NCBI GenBank assembly: GCA_965240325.2
Contig: OZ251222.1
Location: forward strand, 2,232,001-2,296,000
Source of the DNA: Rebecca billardiae RCC1528
Lineage: Eukaryota > Protista > Haptophyta
Direction of reading: 5' to 3'
DNA length: 64,000 nt
The position numbers were made by a program, and so were the translations under genes. The notes under the pieces are model-generated. The model did no database searches. It was given only the letters and a program-made list of their open reading frames with translations, and was not told the origin of the DNA. Position 1 is the stretch's first letter. Each line of letters starts with the position of its first letter. This document shows, one piece after another, positions 1 through 11,600 of this stretch.

Positions 1-194
1 CCAGTGTGGTTGGCCGATATGAAAGGACCAGCGCCCGCCATGATGATGATAAAGGATAGCTCCGTGGCCGATGAGCTCCGGAAATCGACTGCAACTACCT
101 GCAGGACCTAGAAGACGATGGCGGCCCTTGTCCACCAGCTGCGCGTTGCCTTTCCAGCCTCCCGACACACTCGGTTATAACTCCGTTATAACGC

Positions 195-197
<3 letters not shown>

Positions 198-231
<34 letters not shown>

Positions 232-250
232 AGATTAATGTCGTCACTAC

Positions 251-340
<90 letters not shown>
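198..340. repeat. (TA)n and (CT)n microsatellites
   Basis: Read directly from the sequence. Confidence 0.98.
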
Positions 341-344
<4 letters not shown>

Positions 345-861
345 GTCCGAATCAGACTCCGATCGTCAAAGCTGAAAGCACGGATTGCTGACGATGAGCA
401 CAGTCAGTCACAGCAGAGTCAGAGCAGCAGTCACTAAAGTCAGTGTTGTGACACTGACAGTCACACTGATGATGATAGATTGGCGCCGGGCAGTGCAGTG
501 AGCCTGTGCGTCACTCAGGACACTGCCACTGGACTGTGGACAATGGGCCTGATCGGTCATCAACTATCTACTATGTCAATAACGTGCGCGTGCGGACAAA
601 CTCGTTAACTGACTTATTATAATTCGATCGACTAATAAGTTGCAAGATGCAGTGATGCCCGCCATACAGTAACACGACAACGAACTAAACTTAGCAGGTG
701 GCAGCAGGTCACTACTCACTACCCCCATAGGCTACTATAGTACTACGGGACTCACAGCTAACGAAACTGTGGCGATCTGAGGCTTCTGACAATCTGACTT
801 CGAGGCTGTGAAGTGAAGCCGGACCGGCCCGCAGGCCCGCCGGACCTTGCGACGTACAATC

Positions 862-3162
862 ATGGCGGACGCGAGCGCCAATAACGCGCCTTTCTGGGTC
901 GACCCCGAGGGCCGCGAGTACCGGCGCGTGCGCGACATTGGCCGCGGGCAGTACGGCCTCGTGAGCCTGCTGCAGCGCATCGGCGATGCTCACAAGCGCG
1001 TCGTCAAGGCGGTCAACTTGAGCGGCCTCTCCGCGGCCGAGCGCGACGCTGCGGCTCGCGAGGTCGTGATCCTGCAGAAGCTGCGCCACCCGAACATCAT
1101 CGAGTACATCGACAGCTTCGAGAGCGGGGAGGGGTCGAGCGCCGCGCTGAACATCGTGATGGAGCACGCTGACGGCGGCACGCTCGCCGAGCGCATCGCT
1201 GAGCAGTACGGCGAGCCGTTGGACGCGGGGCTCGTGCGCTCGTGGTTTGCGCAGCTCGCGTCCGCGCTCGCGCACGTGCACGCGGCGCGCGTGCTGCACC
1301 GGGACCTGAAGACGGCGAACGTGCTGCTGCACCGCGAGCGCATCAAGCTGAGCGACTTCGGCATCGCGCGGCCCCTCTCGACCATGTCCGAGTTCGCCAA
1401 GACCACCATCGGCACGCCATACTACCTGAGCCCCGAGATGATCACGGGCAAGCCGTACGATGCCAAGTCGGACGTGTGGGCGCTGGGCGTGGTGCTGTAC
1501 GAGGTGGCGACGCTGGAGCGGCCGTTCCAGGGGGACAACCTGCACGTGCTCGGCCGGCGCATCGTCGAGAACAAGCCCACGCCGTCGGAGGAGAGCGCCG
1601 CAGGCCGCGTGCAGCCGCCGGGCGTGCACAGGCTGATCGCGCGCTGCCTCGTGACTGAGCCCGCCGAGCGCGCGACTCTGGACGAGCTGCTCGACGACGA
1701 GTGCGTGCGCGAGCTCGCGCGCGCGCTGTCGGCGGACGTCGCGTCGCCGCCGGGCCGGCCGACCGGGCGCGAGGAGTCCGCCGCCGCCACGCCCGCGCCG
1801 ATCATCCCTCAGCGCTCCTCCAGCCTGGGCAGCGCTGAGCGCAGCGCCATGCACGGCCTGCTCAGCCCTATGGCGTCGAGCGGCGGCTCGGACGCAGTGG
1901 CGGGCTCGGCCGTGCTCACGGTGCTGCGCGAGCTGCGCGAGCCCCTCGACGGCGCGCGCGGCGAGCAGCAGGCGTTCTCCGCCAACCTGGGCCACACCGC
2001 GGCGACGCCGACGAGCACCCGCGACGGCGGCGTGCAGTCTATCAGCTGGAACCTGATCACCGAGCTCGGGCACGAGGCGGTGGTCGCGCTCGCGCTCGGG
2101 AGCGCGATGAATGGCGCGCTCACGCAGCGCGGCGCGGTCTTCACGTGGCTCCCGCCGGGGGCCGAGCCCACGGACATGTGCAGCACCGGGCGCCCGGCCG
2201 CGTGCAAGCCGCTGCTGCGGCTCGGAACGGTGCGCGCCCTCGCACTCAGCGCTGAGCGCCTGCTCGCCATCGTCGACGGCGGCGGCGCTGCGGCGGCGGG
2301 CACGCCGGGCGCGGCGGGCGCGCGGATGCCGGGCGCGGGCGCGCTCTTCGAGTGGGAGAGCGGGCGGCCGCTCACGCAGCTCGCGCTGCCGCTGCCAGTT
2401 GCGCTCGTCGCGGCCGGCGACGACCACTGCGCCGCCGTGTGCGTCGACGGCTCGCTGTTCACCTGGGGCCGCGGCGAGTGCGGCCAGCTCGGCCACGGCG
2501 GCGAGCTCTGGGGCGTGCTTGAAGCCTCGGTCGACGGCCTTCGAGAGCCGACGAGGGTGGAGGCGCTGGCGCCGCACGTCGTCACGCGCGTCGCGTGCGC
2601 GCGCGAGCTCACGGTCGTGCTCACGGAGGGGGGCGAGTGCTACGTGTGCGGCATCAACGACTGCGGCCAGGCCGGCGAGGGCGCGGGCGGCGGCGGGGCC
2701 CACGACGAGGTCGACGGGCATGACGAGATCGTGATCGAGCCGCGGCCGGTCCGGAGCGACGAGCTCCGCGCGGCGAGGCCGCGTGACATCGCGTGCAGCT
2801 CGACCCATGTGGCCGTCGCGACGTCGACAGGGCACGTGTTCACGTGGGGCGACGCGAGCGACGGACGGCTCGGCCGGCGGCTGGTGGGTCTCGCCGACGC
2901 CACGCACACCGGCACCCCCGGGCGCGTCGAGCTGCGCGACGCGTGGGCCGTCGCATGCGCGCCCGACCACACGCTCGCAACGACCGGCGATGGCGCCCTC
3001 TTTGCGTGGGGCATGATCCGCGGCGTGGAGACGGCGCGCCCCACACGCGTCGTCAGCGGCGGCCTGGCTGACGCGCGCTTCGTCGCCATCGCTGCGTCGG
3101 AGTGGGTGACCTGCGCACTCGCCACCGTGCCCACGCCGGACGACGGGGCAGCGGCTCCCTAG
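862..3162 (+). CDS. NEK8: NIMA-related Ser/Thr kinase with C-terminal RCC1 repeats (NEK8/NEK9-like)
   Basis: Kinase motifs IGRGQYG, LRHPNIIEY, IVMEHADGGTL, HRDLKTANV, KLSDFGIAR, IGTPYYLSPE and KSDVWALG are NEK-type. The C-terminus has RCC1 repeats (VAAGDDH...LFTWGRGECGQLGHG; VFTWGDASDGRLG). First ATG is at 862. Confidence 0.85.
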   Translation: MADASANNAPFWVDPEGREYRRVRDIGRGQYGLVSLLQRIGDAHKRVVKAVNLSGLSAAERDAAAREVVILQKLRHPNIIEYIDSFESGEGSSAALNIVMEHADGGTLAERIAEQYGEPLDAGLVRSWFAQLASALAHVHAARVLHRDLKTANVLLHRERIKLSDFGIARPLSTMSEFAKTTIGTPYYLSPEMITGKPYDAKSDVWALGVVLYEVATLERPFQGDNLHVLGRRIVENKPTPSEESAAGRVQPPGVHRLIARCLVTEPAERATLDELLDDECVRELARALSADVASPPGRPTGREESAAATPAPIIPQRSSSLGSAERSAMHGLLSPMASSGGSDAVAGSAVLTVLRELREPLDGARGEQQAFSANLGHTAATPTSTRDGGVQSISWNLITELGHEAVVALALGSAMNGALTQRGAVFTWLPPGAEPTDMCSTGRPAACKPLLRLGTVRALALSAERLLAIVDGGGAAAAGTPGAAGARMPGAGALFEWESGRPLTQLALPLPVALVAAGDDHCAAVCVDGSLFTWGRGECGQLGHGGELWGVLEASVDGLREPTRVEALAPHVVTRVACARELTVVLTEGGECYVCGINDCGQAGEGAGGGGAHDEVDGHDEIVIEPRPVRSDELRAARPRDIACSSTHVAVATSTGHVFTWGDASDGRLGRRLVGLADATHTGTPGRVELRDAWAVACAPDHTLATTGDGALFAWGMIRGVETARPTRVVSGGLADARFVAIAASEWVTCALATVPTPDDGAAAP

Positions 3163-4020
3163 TCCTAGAGCAGGCTACTCTAGAGCTAGCTGCTACAGTT
3201 TGTCGTTTTAATGTGCGTAAGGCTCACGGTGGCCGAGGTTGGCCGCGCCATCCTTCATCGCCGCACCAGTCTCCGAAGAGAGACCTGGAAACGCACTGGT
3301 GAGTAGTGCCAACCAAGGGTAGTAAGGGTGAGCAACTCCGCTGGCGACAGCCGCGGAGGTCGGGAGGGCTCTGGTTGCCTCGGCGCCCGGTGCGAGCGGA
3401 GCGGAGCGAGTACTATGAGCGGCGGAGGGCGCTGAGGAGGCGCACGGCGTGAGGCGCAGCGTCGGCCGAGACGGTCCGCGAAAGCAGCAGCAGTGTGCCT
3501 CGCTTTGGCCCGAGCGCCGTCCTCCGCGTGGCCTCCTTCCCGCCTTGGAGCAGCACGCATGCGCGCGCCGCCACCTCGAAGGCGGCACAGGCTTGGTCGG
3601 AAGACCGCGCGCGTGTGGCGCGCGACTTGGTCGACCGCGTGCGCGCGCTGCCGCCGCCGTGCCCTCGTTGTGGAATACCCGCTTTCGTCGTATTATGGCG
3701 GGCTTTATTAATTGACAAATGACAATAGCTCGATCTCGGTCGGAATCGTATCATCCGTATGGCGGTTGTCGTATTGAATTTACCCACGAGACGGGTAATT
3801 GCTGCGATTTGTGAGAGCGAAATATCAAGCGCCATGCAAAATCTGTGTATAATATGTTGTTATCTTCGTCAAAGCGGCGCTTCTCTCGCAGTTCCATCCG
3901 TTTCGCTCCCTCGCGCTCGAAGGCGTTCCCTTGTCTCCGAATCGACGCCATCGGCGGAGCGGTTTTCGAGCACCGCGTTGCAGGGTCGCTCTCGGCTTGG
4001 CAGCGCGCGCCGGCGAGGCC

Positions 4021-5648
4021 ATGAAGATCAAGGGCGCGCACTCGCGTATGGTCGTGGCCGCATTGCTCGCCACGTGCGCGTACGCGGCGGTGGAACAGGG
4101 TCAACCGCCTTCCTCCTCGAACTTCCCGCCGTTTGGTCTCCCGCCACTCGGCTCGCCGCCTCTCGGCGCGCCGCCTGGCGCGGCTCCATCTCCGGCAAAT
4201 ATCGCTGCACCGCCGGCGTCGTCGCCCAACCCGTCGCCTCTTGGCGCGCCGCCTGGAGCGCCCAACTCTCCGAGCGGCTCGTCCCCGGCTCTTCCGCCTC
4301 TGGGAGCGCCGCCGGGCTCGCTCAATCCGCCGGCGCTCTCACCGGCCGGCGCTCCGCCGATGGGCGGCTCTCCGCCGAATGCGCCACCAACGGCGCCGAC
4401 GGGCGGTGCGCCGCCAATGGGCGGCTCTCCGCCGATGGGCGGCGCTCCGCCGATGGGCGGCTCTCCGCCGAATGCCCCACCGATGGCGCCGACGGGCAGT
4501 GCGCCGCCAATGGGCGGCTCTCCGCCGATGGGCGGCGCTCCGCCGATGGGCGGCTCTCCGCCGAATGCCCCACCGATGGCGCCGACGGGCGGTGCGCCGC
4601 CAATGGGCGGCGCTCCGCCGATGGGCGGCGCTCCGCCGAATGCCCCACCGATGGCGCCGACGGGCGGTGCGCCGCCGATGGGCGGCGCTCCGCCGATGGG
4701 CGGCGCTCCGCCGATGGGCAGCGCGCCGCCGATGGGACAACCGCGCGGAGGCGTGCCGCCGGGCATGGCGCCAGTGTCGCCACCGTCCAACCTGCCACCG
4801 TTCAACCTGCCCCCCTTCAGCTTCGGCCTCCCGCCGTCCGGCGTGCGGCCCACGACGCCGCCTTCCGGCGTGGGGCCTGCGGCACCACCGTCTGGCGTGG
4901 GTCTCTTTGCGCCGCCGTCGACCGGCGTGGGCCCCACGGCTCCCCCGACATCTGAAGCCCAGCCGCCTGCCGCCGCGCCCGCGTCTCCGCCGGCGACGGT
5001 CGCGCTGCCCCCTGCAGTCTCGCACACGCCGCCAGCCTCACCGCCGGCAGCCAACCCACCGGCGCTCGCGCCGCCCACGCCGCCGCCGCCACCGCCGCCC
5101 ACGCCGCCGCCCGCGCTGCCGCCGCCACCGCCGCCCACGCCGCCGCCGCCACCGCCGCCCACGCCGCCGCCCGCGCTGCCGCCCGAAGTCACGCTCCCTC
5201 CGATCTCGTTTGCCTTCCCACCCGCGGCGACACCGCCGGGTGCCAAGCCTCCCGGATCGCCGCCGGCGCTGGCGCTTCCTCCGACGTCGCCGAATCAGCT
5301 CGAGTTCACGTTCCCGCCGATCCCCAAGGTTGCCTCCCCGCCGGGCGCAACGCCGCCCGCGTCGGCCCCGACGGCGCTGCCGCCCGCGTCGCCGCCGACG
5401 GCGCTGCCGCCCAAGCCCGAGCTTGACCTCCCACCCGCGTCGCCTCCGGCCGTGCTTCCGCCGCCGCCGCAGATCGCTCTCCCGCCAGGCCTGCCGCCCT
5501 TCACGTTCGTCTTCCCGCCATTGGCGACGCCGCCCGCGACGCTGAGTGCCCCCCCGCCTCCGCTCCTCCCGCCACCTCCGCCGCCGAGCCCGCCGCCAAG
5601 CCCGCCGCCGAGCCTTCCGCCGCCGCCGCCGCCCTCGCCGCCGCCCTC

Positions 5649-5681
<33 letters not shown>

Positions 5682-8600
5682 TACGCCGCCGCCTACGCCG
5701 CCACCCACGCCGCCGCCCTCGCCGCCACCCGCGCCGCCGCCGCCGCCACCGCTCGCGCCGCCGCCCTTTGCGCCTCCCACGCCGCCGCCGCCTCCACCTC
5801 CGCTCTCGAACAACACCATGCTCACGGCCGTCGTCGGCGGCGCGCCGGCCCGCGTCGACGCGGGCGCGCTGAACGTGCCCGACAACTCGACGCTCTTCTG
5901 GCGCGAGCGCGGCGCCGCGACCGACTGCGCCGCCGCCACGCCCGACTCGGCGCTCGGGGGCGTGCAGACGGTGGAGGGCGGCGAGGCCCTCTTCGACATG
6001 GGCCGGCCGGGCCCCGTCTTCCTCCTGTGCGTGCAGCTCCCCGGCGCGGACGGCCCCACGCCGCTCCCCGCCGAGCTGAGTGTGTACGAGGTGGTGGGCG
6101 CGGACCGCGCGCACGTCGTCGAGCGCGTCGCGACGGTCGTCACGTTCAGCGTGGAGCCCGCGCCCGAGGCGGGCGACGAGGCCGGCTGGGCGGACGCGTC
6201 CGCGGCCGACTGCTCCTCGCTGCTCATCGGCCTGCAGCGCGTCGCGGAGGACGGCTCCGCCACCTTCGAGACCAGCGGCGTCGCGCTCGGCCTGCGCCTC
6301 TGCTACCGGCACGCGGCCGCGTCCAGCGTGCAGCTCTACCCGGCTCTCACGCTGGATGTCTTCGGCCTGAGTGGCCTCTCGCTCAGCCCCGGCGCCGTCA
6401 GCGGCGGCGTGGCCGTGCTGGGCTTTGGATCGGCGACGACCTTCGGCTTCAACGGCACGGGCGTGGCCGATGGCGACGCCGTGCGCCTCGTCGCCGCGCC
6501 CGAGTACGGCGCCGCGGACGTGGACTGCGACGAGCCGGCACACGTGCTCTCGGCGGCGGACGCGACCGTGGTGGGCGGGCAGGCGGTGCTCACGCCGGAG
6601 CTGCCGCTCGTCGACGGCGCGATCCCCGCCGGCATCGAGATCGGAGTCGTCTGCTACCGCTTCGGCCCGAGCGGCAGCTTTGTCGCGTACGACGCCTTCC
6701 ACGGCGGCGCGGAGGTCGCAGAGGCCATCCCTCAGCTCCGGCCGGTCGTGGTCACGGGCCCGTCGCTCGTCGTCGGCGTGCTCGGCGTCGAGAAGACGAT
6801 CTCGCTCCAGGGCGTGAACGCGCAGCTGCTGACGGACGTGCCGGCGTCGTGGGCGGACGCCGAGGACACCGCGTGCGAGAGCGCGCCCAGCGTAACGTTT
6901 GGCGGCGAGCTCAGCGCGCAGGGCGGCGCGCTCTCGTTCACGGCCCTCAGCACGACGGCGGGCGGCGCGCGCCGGCTGTGCGCCACCGTCTTCGGCACGG
7001 TGACGCTCTCGCTGCCGGTGCTGCTCGAGGTGAACGACGTGAGCGGCCCGGCCGACACGCGCGCGCTCGTCGGCAGCCAGGTCAACGTCACCTTCGACGG
7101 CCACGGCGTCGGCGCGGGCGACCTCGCCTTCTGGTCGGCCGCGGACGCCGACTGCTCGACGGTCGACAGCGACTACGGCGGCGTGAGCGCGGTCGGCACA
7201 GACGGCCGCGCCGCCTTCCTCGGCGCGGAGGGCGGCGAGGCCCTCGCGCTCTGCTACGCCTTCGTCGACCCGGCGGTTCGCGGGCACAACCCGTACAAGC
7301 GCTACCCCGCGCTCACCCTCGACTTCCAGCTCGTCACCTCGCCCGTGCTCTCCTTCCTCGTCGTGGGCGTGGCCGAGACCGTCAGGTTTGGCGGGTACGG
7401 GCTGCGCGACGGCGACGAGGCCAAGTGGCTGCCCAAGCCGGCGGAGGGCGGCGTGGACTGCGCGTCGCTCGGCGGCGCGGAGGCGCTGGTCGGCGGCAAC
7501 GCCACCTTCACCGCCGCCGACACCGCGCGCGGCGACGAGTACGTGCTCTGCTTCAACCACGGCGGCGCGGGCTTCCGGCCTTACGAGAGCCTCCGGCTGC
7601 GGCTCGCCGGGCTTGTGGGGCCGGCGGCGCACGTCGCCGTCGCCGGCGCGGTCGAGCGCATCACGCCGCCGAGCGAGAGCCTGCTCGTGCTCGGCGGCAA
7701 CAAGGGCTACTGGGCGGCCGCCGGCACGACCGAGTGCACGGGCGTGGCCGACGCCGACTTTGGCGGCGAGTGGACCGTGCAGCAGTCGGCGGCGGGCAAC
7801 GTGTTTGCTGACTACACGCCGCTGGTGAGCGCGTCCGGCCTCGTCCTCTGCTTCCAGTTCTCGGGCGTCTCGCTCTCGCCGCTCGGCGCCGACGGCACGG
7901 CCGTGATCAGCGCGCCCGAGCCGTACAAGCTGTACACAGACATCACCCTCGACGTGTACGGCCTCGAGTCCACGCAGCTGAACGCGCAGGCGGTCGTGCG
8001 CGCCGACTACACGACCGTCGCGTTTAGCGGCCTCGGCGTCTCCTCCGCCGACACGGCGTTCTGGGTGGCGGCGAGCACGGCGAGCTGCGCGGCGGGCGCG
8101 CGGCTGCGCTTCGGCGGCCTGCAGCAGCTCAACGGGAACCTGCAGGCCACCTTCAACTTCAAGCAGGGCGGGCTCGGCTTCAAGCTGTGCTACACGTTCG
8201 CGGGCGAGCCGGCACGCCTCTACTCGGGCATCACGCTCGACGTGTACGCCGTCACCGGCCCGGCGGTCTCGATCGCCATCGACCAGGAGCCCCAGACCAT
8301 CACCTTTGCGGGGCCGGGCGTCGGCGCGGGCGACCAGGCGTACTGGCAGTTTGCCACGCCGTCCACCGCGTGCTTCGGCGAGCCGAACCCGCTCGTGATG
8401 TCGGCGCCGCTCACCGTCGGCGCGCGCGGCGAGGTGAACGCCACGTTCACGCTGCCCGAGCCCACCTCCGAGTTCCTCGCCGGCTTCGGCGGCCTCGTGC
8501 TCTGCTACCGCTTTGGCGCGGACGCGGCGCAGGCGTGGACGCGCTTCCCCGCGTCGACCGTCTCCGTCACGTACGCCGACGACCCGTTCTCGCGCGCCTC

Positions 8601-11600
8601 CTTCAGCAGCGTCGTGCCGACCGGCGCGGCGTACGGCGTCGAGACGTCCGTGACCATCTTGGGCTCGGGCTTCGGCCTCGCCATCGACTCGTTCGACGTG
8701 GTCAAGTGCGTGTTCGACGGCGTGCGCACGGCGGCCGTCTCCATCACCGCCACGGCCATCGTCTGCCTCACGCCCGCGCGCAGCAGCGCCGAGCTCTCAG
8801 TCGAGGAGGTCGCCATGCAGATTGTCGCCGAGGTGCCGGACCTTGGCCTGCAGCCGCTCGGTGTGATCAGCGACTTTGCCTACTACGACGCGAGCGCGGC
8901 GCTGCTCTCGGCGATCTCGCCCGCGGGCGCGCCGCAGGGCACGACGGGGCGCGAGGTCGCGCTCAGCGGGAGCGGGCTCAGCGACTTCGGCCGCGTGCGC
9001 GTGCGCTTCGGCGGCAGCAGCATCGTGTCGGCCGATCTGATCGAGGGCGAGGAGGAGGGCGAGATCCGGTGCGAGGCGCCCTACGTCTCGCCCACCGCGA
9101 CGCCGCGCGCGCTCAGCGTCGAGGTCTCGCTCAACGGCCAGACGTACGTCGAGTCGACGCTCACGTTCGAGTCGTACTCCGCCATCATCGCGTCGGGCAC
9201 GCCGACGGGCGGCCCCCTCGGCGGCAGCACCGTCGTCACGCTCACGGGCACCGGCTTCGTGCCCGGGCTGAGCGACGACGCCGTCTGCTTCTTCGTCAGC
9301 GCCGCGGGCGAGTCGATCGAGTCGAGCGCGACGATCGTGAGCGACGAGCAGGCGGAGTGCGCGAAGCCGCTCGTCGCCGCCGGCGCGTACACCGTCGAGC
9401 TCGCGCTCAACGGGATCGACCGCGTGCCCACCTTCTTCGACGACGTCGACTTCGAGGTGTACGACATCGAGAGCGTCGCCGTCGCGCGGCTCGAGCCGCC
9501 GGGCGGACCGGTCGCAGGCGGCACACGCGTCACCGTCTTCGGCACCGGCTTCAAGGTGTTCGGCCCCGATCAGTTCTGCTGCGTGTTTGGTGGCTCGGGC
9601 GCGTGCGACGCGGCGGCGACGCTCCTGCAGAACGACCCGCTCACCGGCGCGAGCCGCGCGCGGTGCGTCACGCCCGCCGTCTCCGCGGGCGCGAGCTCCG
9701 TCGAGGTGAGCCTCAACGGCGGCGGCGCCGCATCCACGACGGACTCGGCCGTGCGCTTCTGGTACTACGCGCGGCCGGTGCTCGACGCGATCGTGCCGGA
9801 CGAGGGGCTCGGCGACGGCGGCGAGCCCACGCTGATCACCGGCTCGGGCTTCCGCGCGCTCGCCGACGCGCCCATCGAGCACGCCGGCGCGGCGCTCGCC
9901 TCGTACGTGCGCGTCCGCTTCGGCCCGACATATGACGAGCCTCCGAGCGAGCTGAACGCAACTGGGATCGCGCAGCTGAGCACGTGGGGCGCGCAGGGCG
10001 TGGCCAACGTGACGGTCGCGCTGAACGGGCAGCAGTACGACTCGCTCGGCTCGGTGCCCTTCCTCTTCAAGGAGCTGCACACGCCCGCGCTCGTCTTCGT
10101 CGGCTTCGACTCGACGGCGACGCAGCTGGTCGTGCAGTTTGACGAGCAGCCGACCAACCGCGGCGGCATGTCGGGCGTCGACCTGTGCTCGCTCGTGCTC
10201 ACCGATTCGACGGTGGCCGAGATCCGCGGCGGCTCGAGCGACGAGCCCGAGTGCTTTTGGGTGGACGACTCGACGATGCGCGCCAATCTCAACTTCCAGA
10301 CGTCCCTCCGCCCCGGCAGCACGATCGGCCTGCGCGACCGCGTCGTCGCGCCGCGCGACTGGCGCGTCGCGGGCACGTCCGATCCGTGCAGCGCGACCGA
10401 CGCGTCGCCGTACTACTGCACGCTCAGCGAGAGCATGGCGATCGACTTTGACGAGCCGTGCGTGGGCGGCTGCCCCGTGCCCGTCGCGGACATCTCGGGC
10501 GTCTCGCAGATCTCCTTCTGCCCCGGCGAGAGCTTCTCGCTCGACGGCCGCCTCTCGAGCAACGGCGGGATCGTGCCGCTGCGCTTCACGTGGCGCGTCG
10601 TGTCGAACCTCACCGACTTCCCCAGCCAGATCACCGCGAAGCTCGCGCCGTTCAACGCGGCGAACGGCGGCGCGGGCTCGTCGACGATCACGCTGAGCGA
10701 CCTGCCCGGCGAGAGCTACGTCTTCGCCCTGCGCGTCAACTCGTTCCTCGGCATCTCCTCGCCCGTCACGCGCTGGCCGCTCGTGCGCACCGGAGGCGCG
10801 TCGCCGACGATTGTGATCGACGGCGCGTCCGAGCAGAGGGTGCTGCCGTCGTCGGCCGTGAGCGTGCAGGCGGCGGCGACGGTCGCGGCGTGCTTCGAGG
10901 GCAGCTCGAACCAGATCGACTTCCTCTGGGCGAACGACCTCACCCTCGTCACCGCGACTAGCGCCGCGTCCAGCGCGCGCGTGAACATCACCAACCCGAC
11001 CAAGTCTGCCATCGCCTTCTCGCGCTTCACGTTCACGCCTGGGCTCACGTACCAGCTCACGCTCACCGCGAGCATGCCGGGGTTCAGCGACGCGACGACG
11101 ACGGCGAGCGTGCGCCTCGTCGTCGAGCGGGTCGACCTGCAGGCCGTCATCTCGGGCGGCGCGCGCACCGTCGGCCAGGGCAACCCGGTCGTGGTCGACG
11201 CGTCCGCCTCGTTCGATCCCAACGTGCCGCTGGCCGAGAGCGCGGCGGGCCTGCAGTTTGCGTGGGCGGTGCGGCGGCTGAACGGCACGCTCTCCACGGC
11301 GTTCGATCTCGGCGCGCTGGCGACGAACGAGTCGGTGCTCACGCTCCCCGGGGGCACGCTCGCCGCCGGCCCCGACGGCTCGAGCACGTACGAGGCGAGC
11401 CTCGAGCTCAGCAAGCCGAGCGCGTCGCTCCGCGCGAGCGCGAGCGTGCTCATCACGGTCGTCGTCGACTCGGTGCCGGTGATCACGTTCGTGCCGCTCA
11501 CGCAGGCCAAGTACAACCCGCGCTTCACGCTCGCGACCGAGCGTCTGAACGTCGAGGCGAGCGTCGCACCCGCGCCCGGCTCCGAGGTGCCCGATGGCGG

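Noticed and set aside
3200-3720. Possible ncRNA or small gene between the NEK and PKD1-like genes (hairpin near 3266-3288)
   Set aside because: One hairpin with no recognisable Rfam-type motifs, and the short ORFs lack domains.
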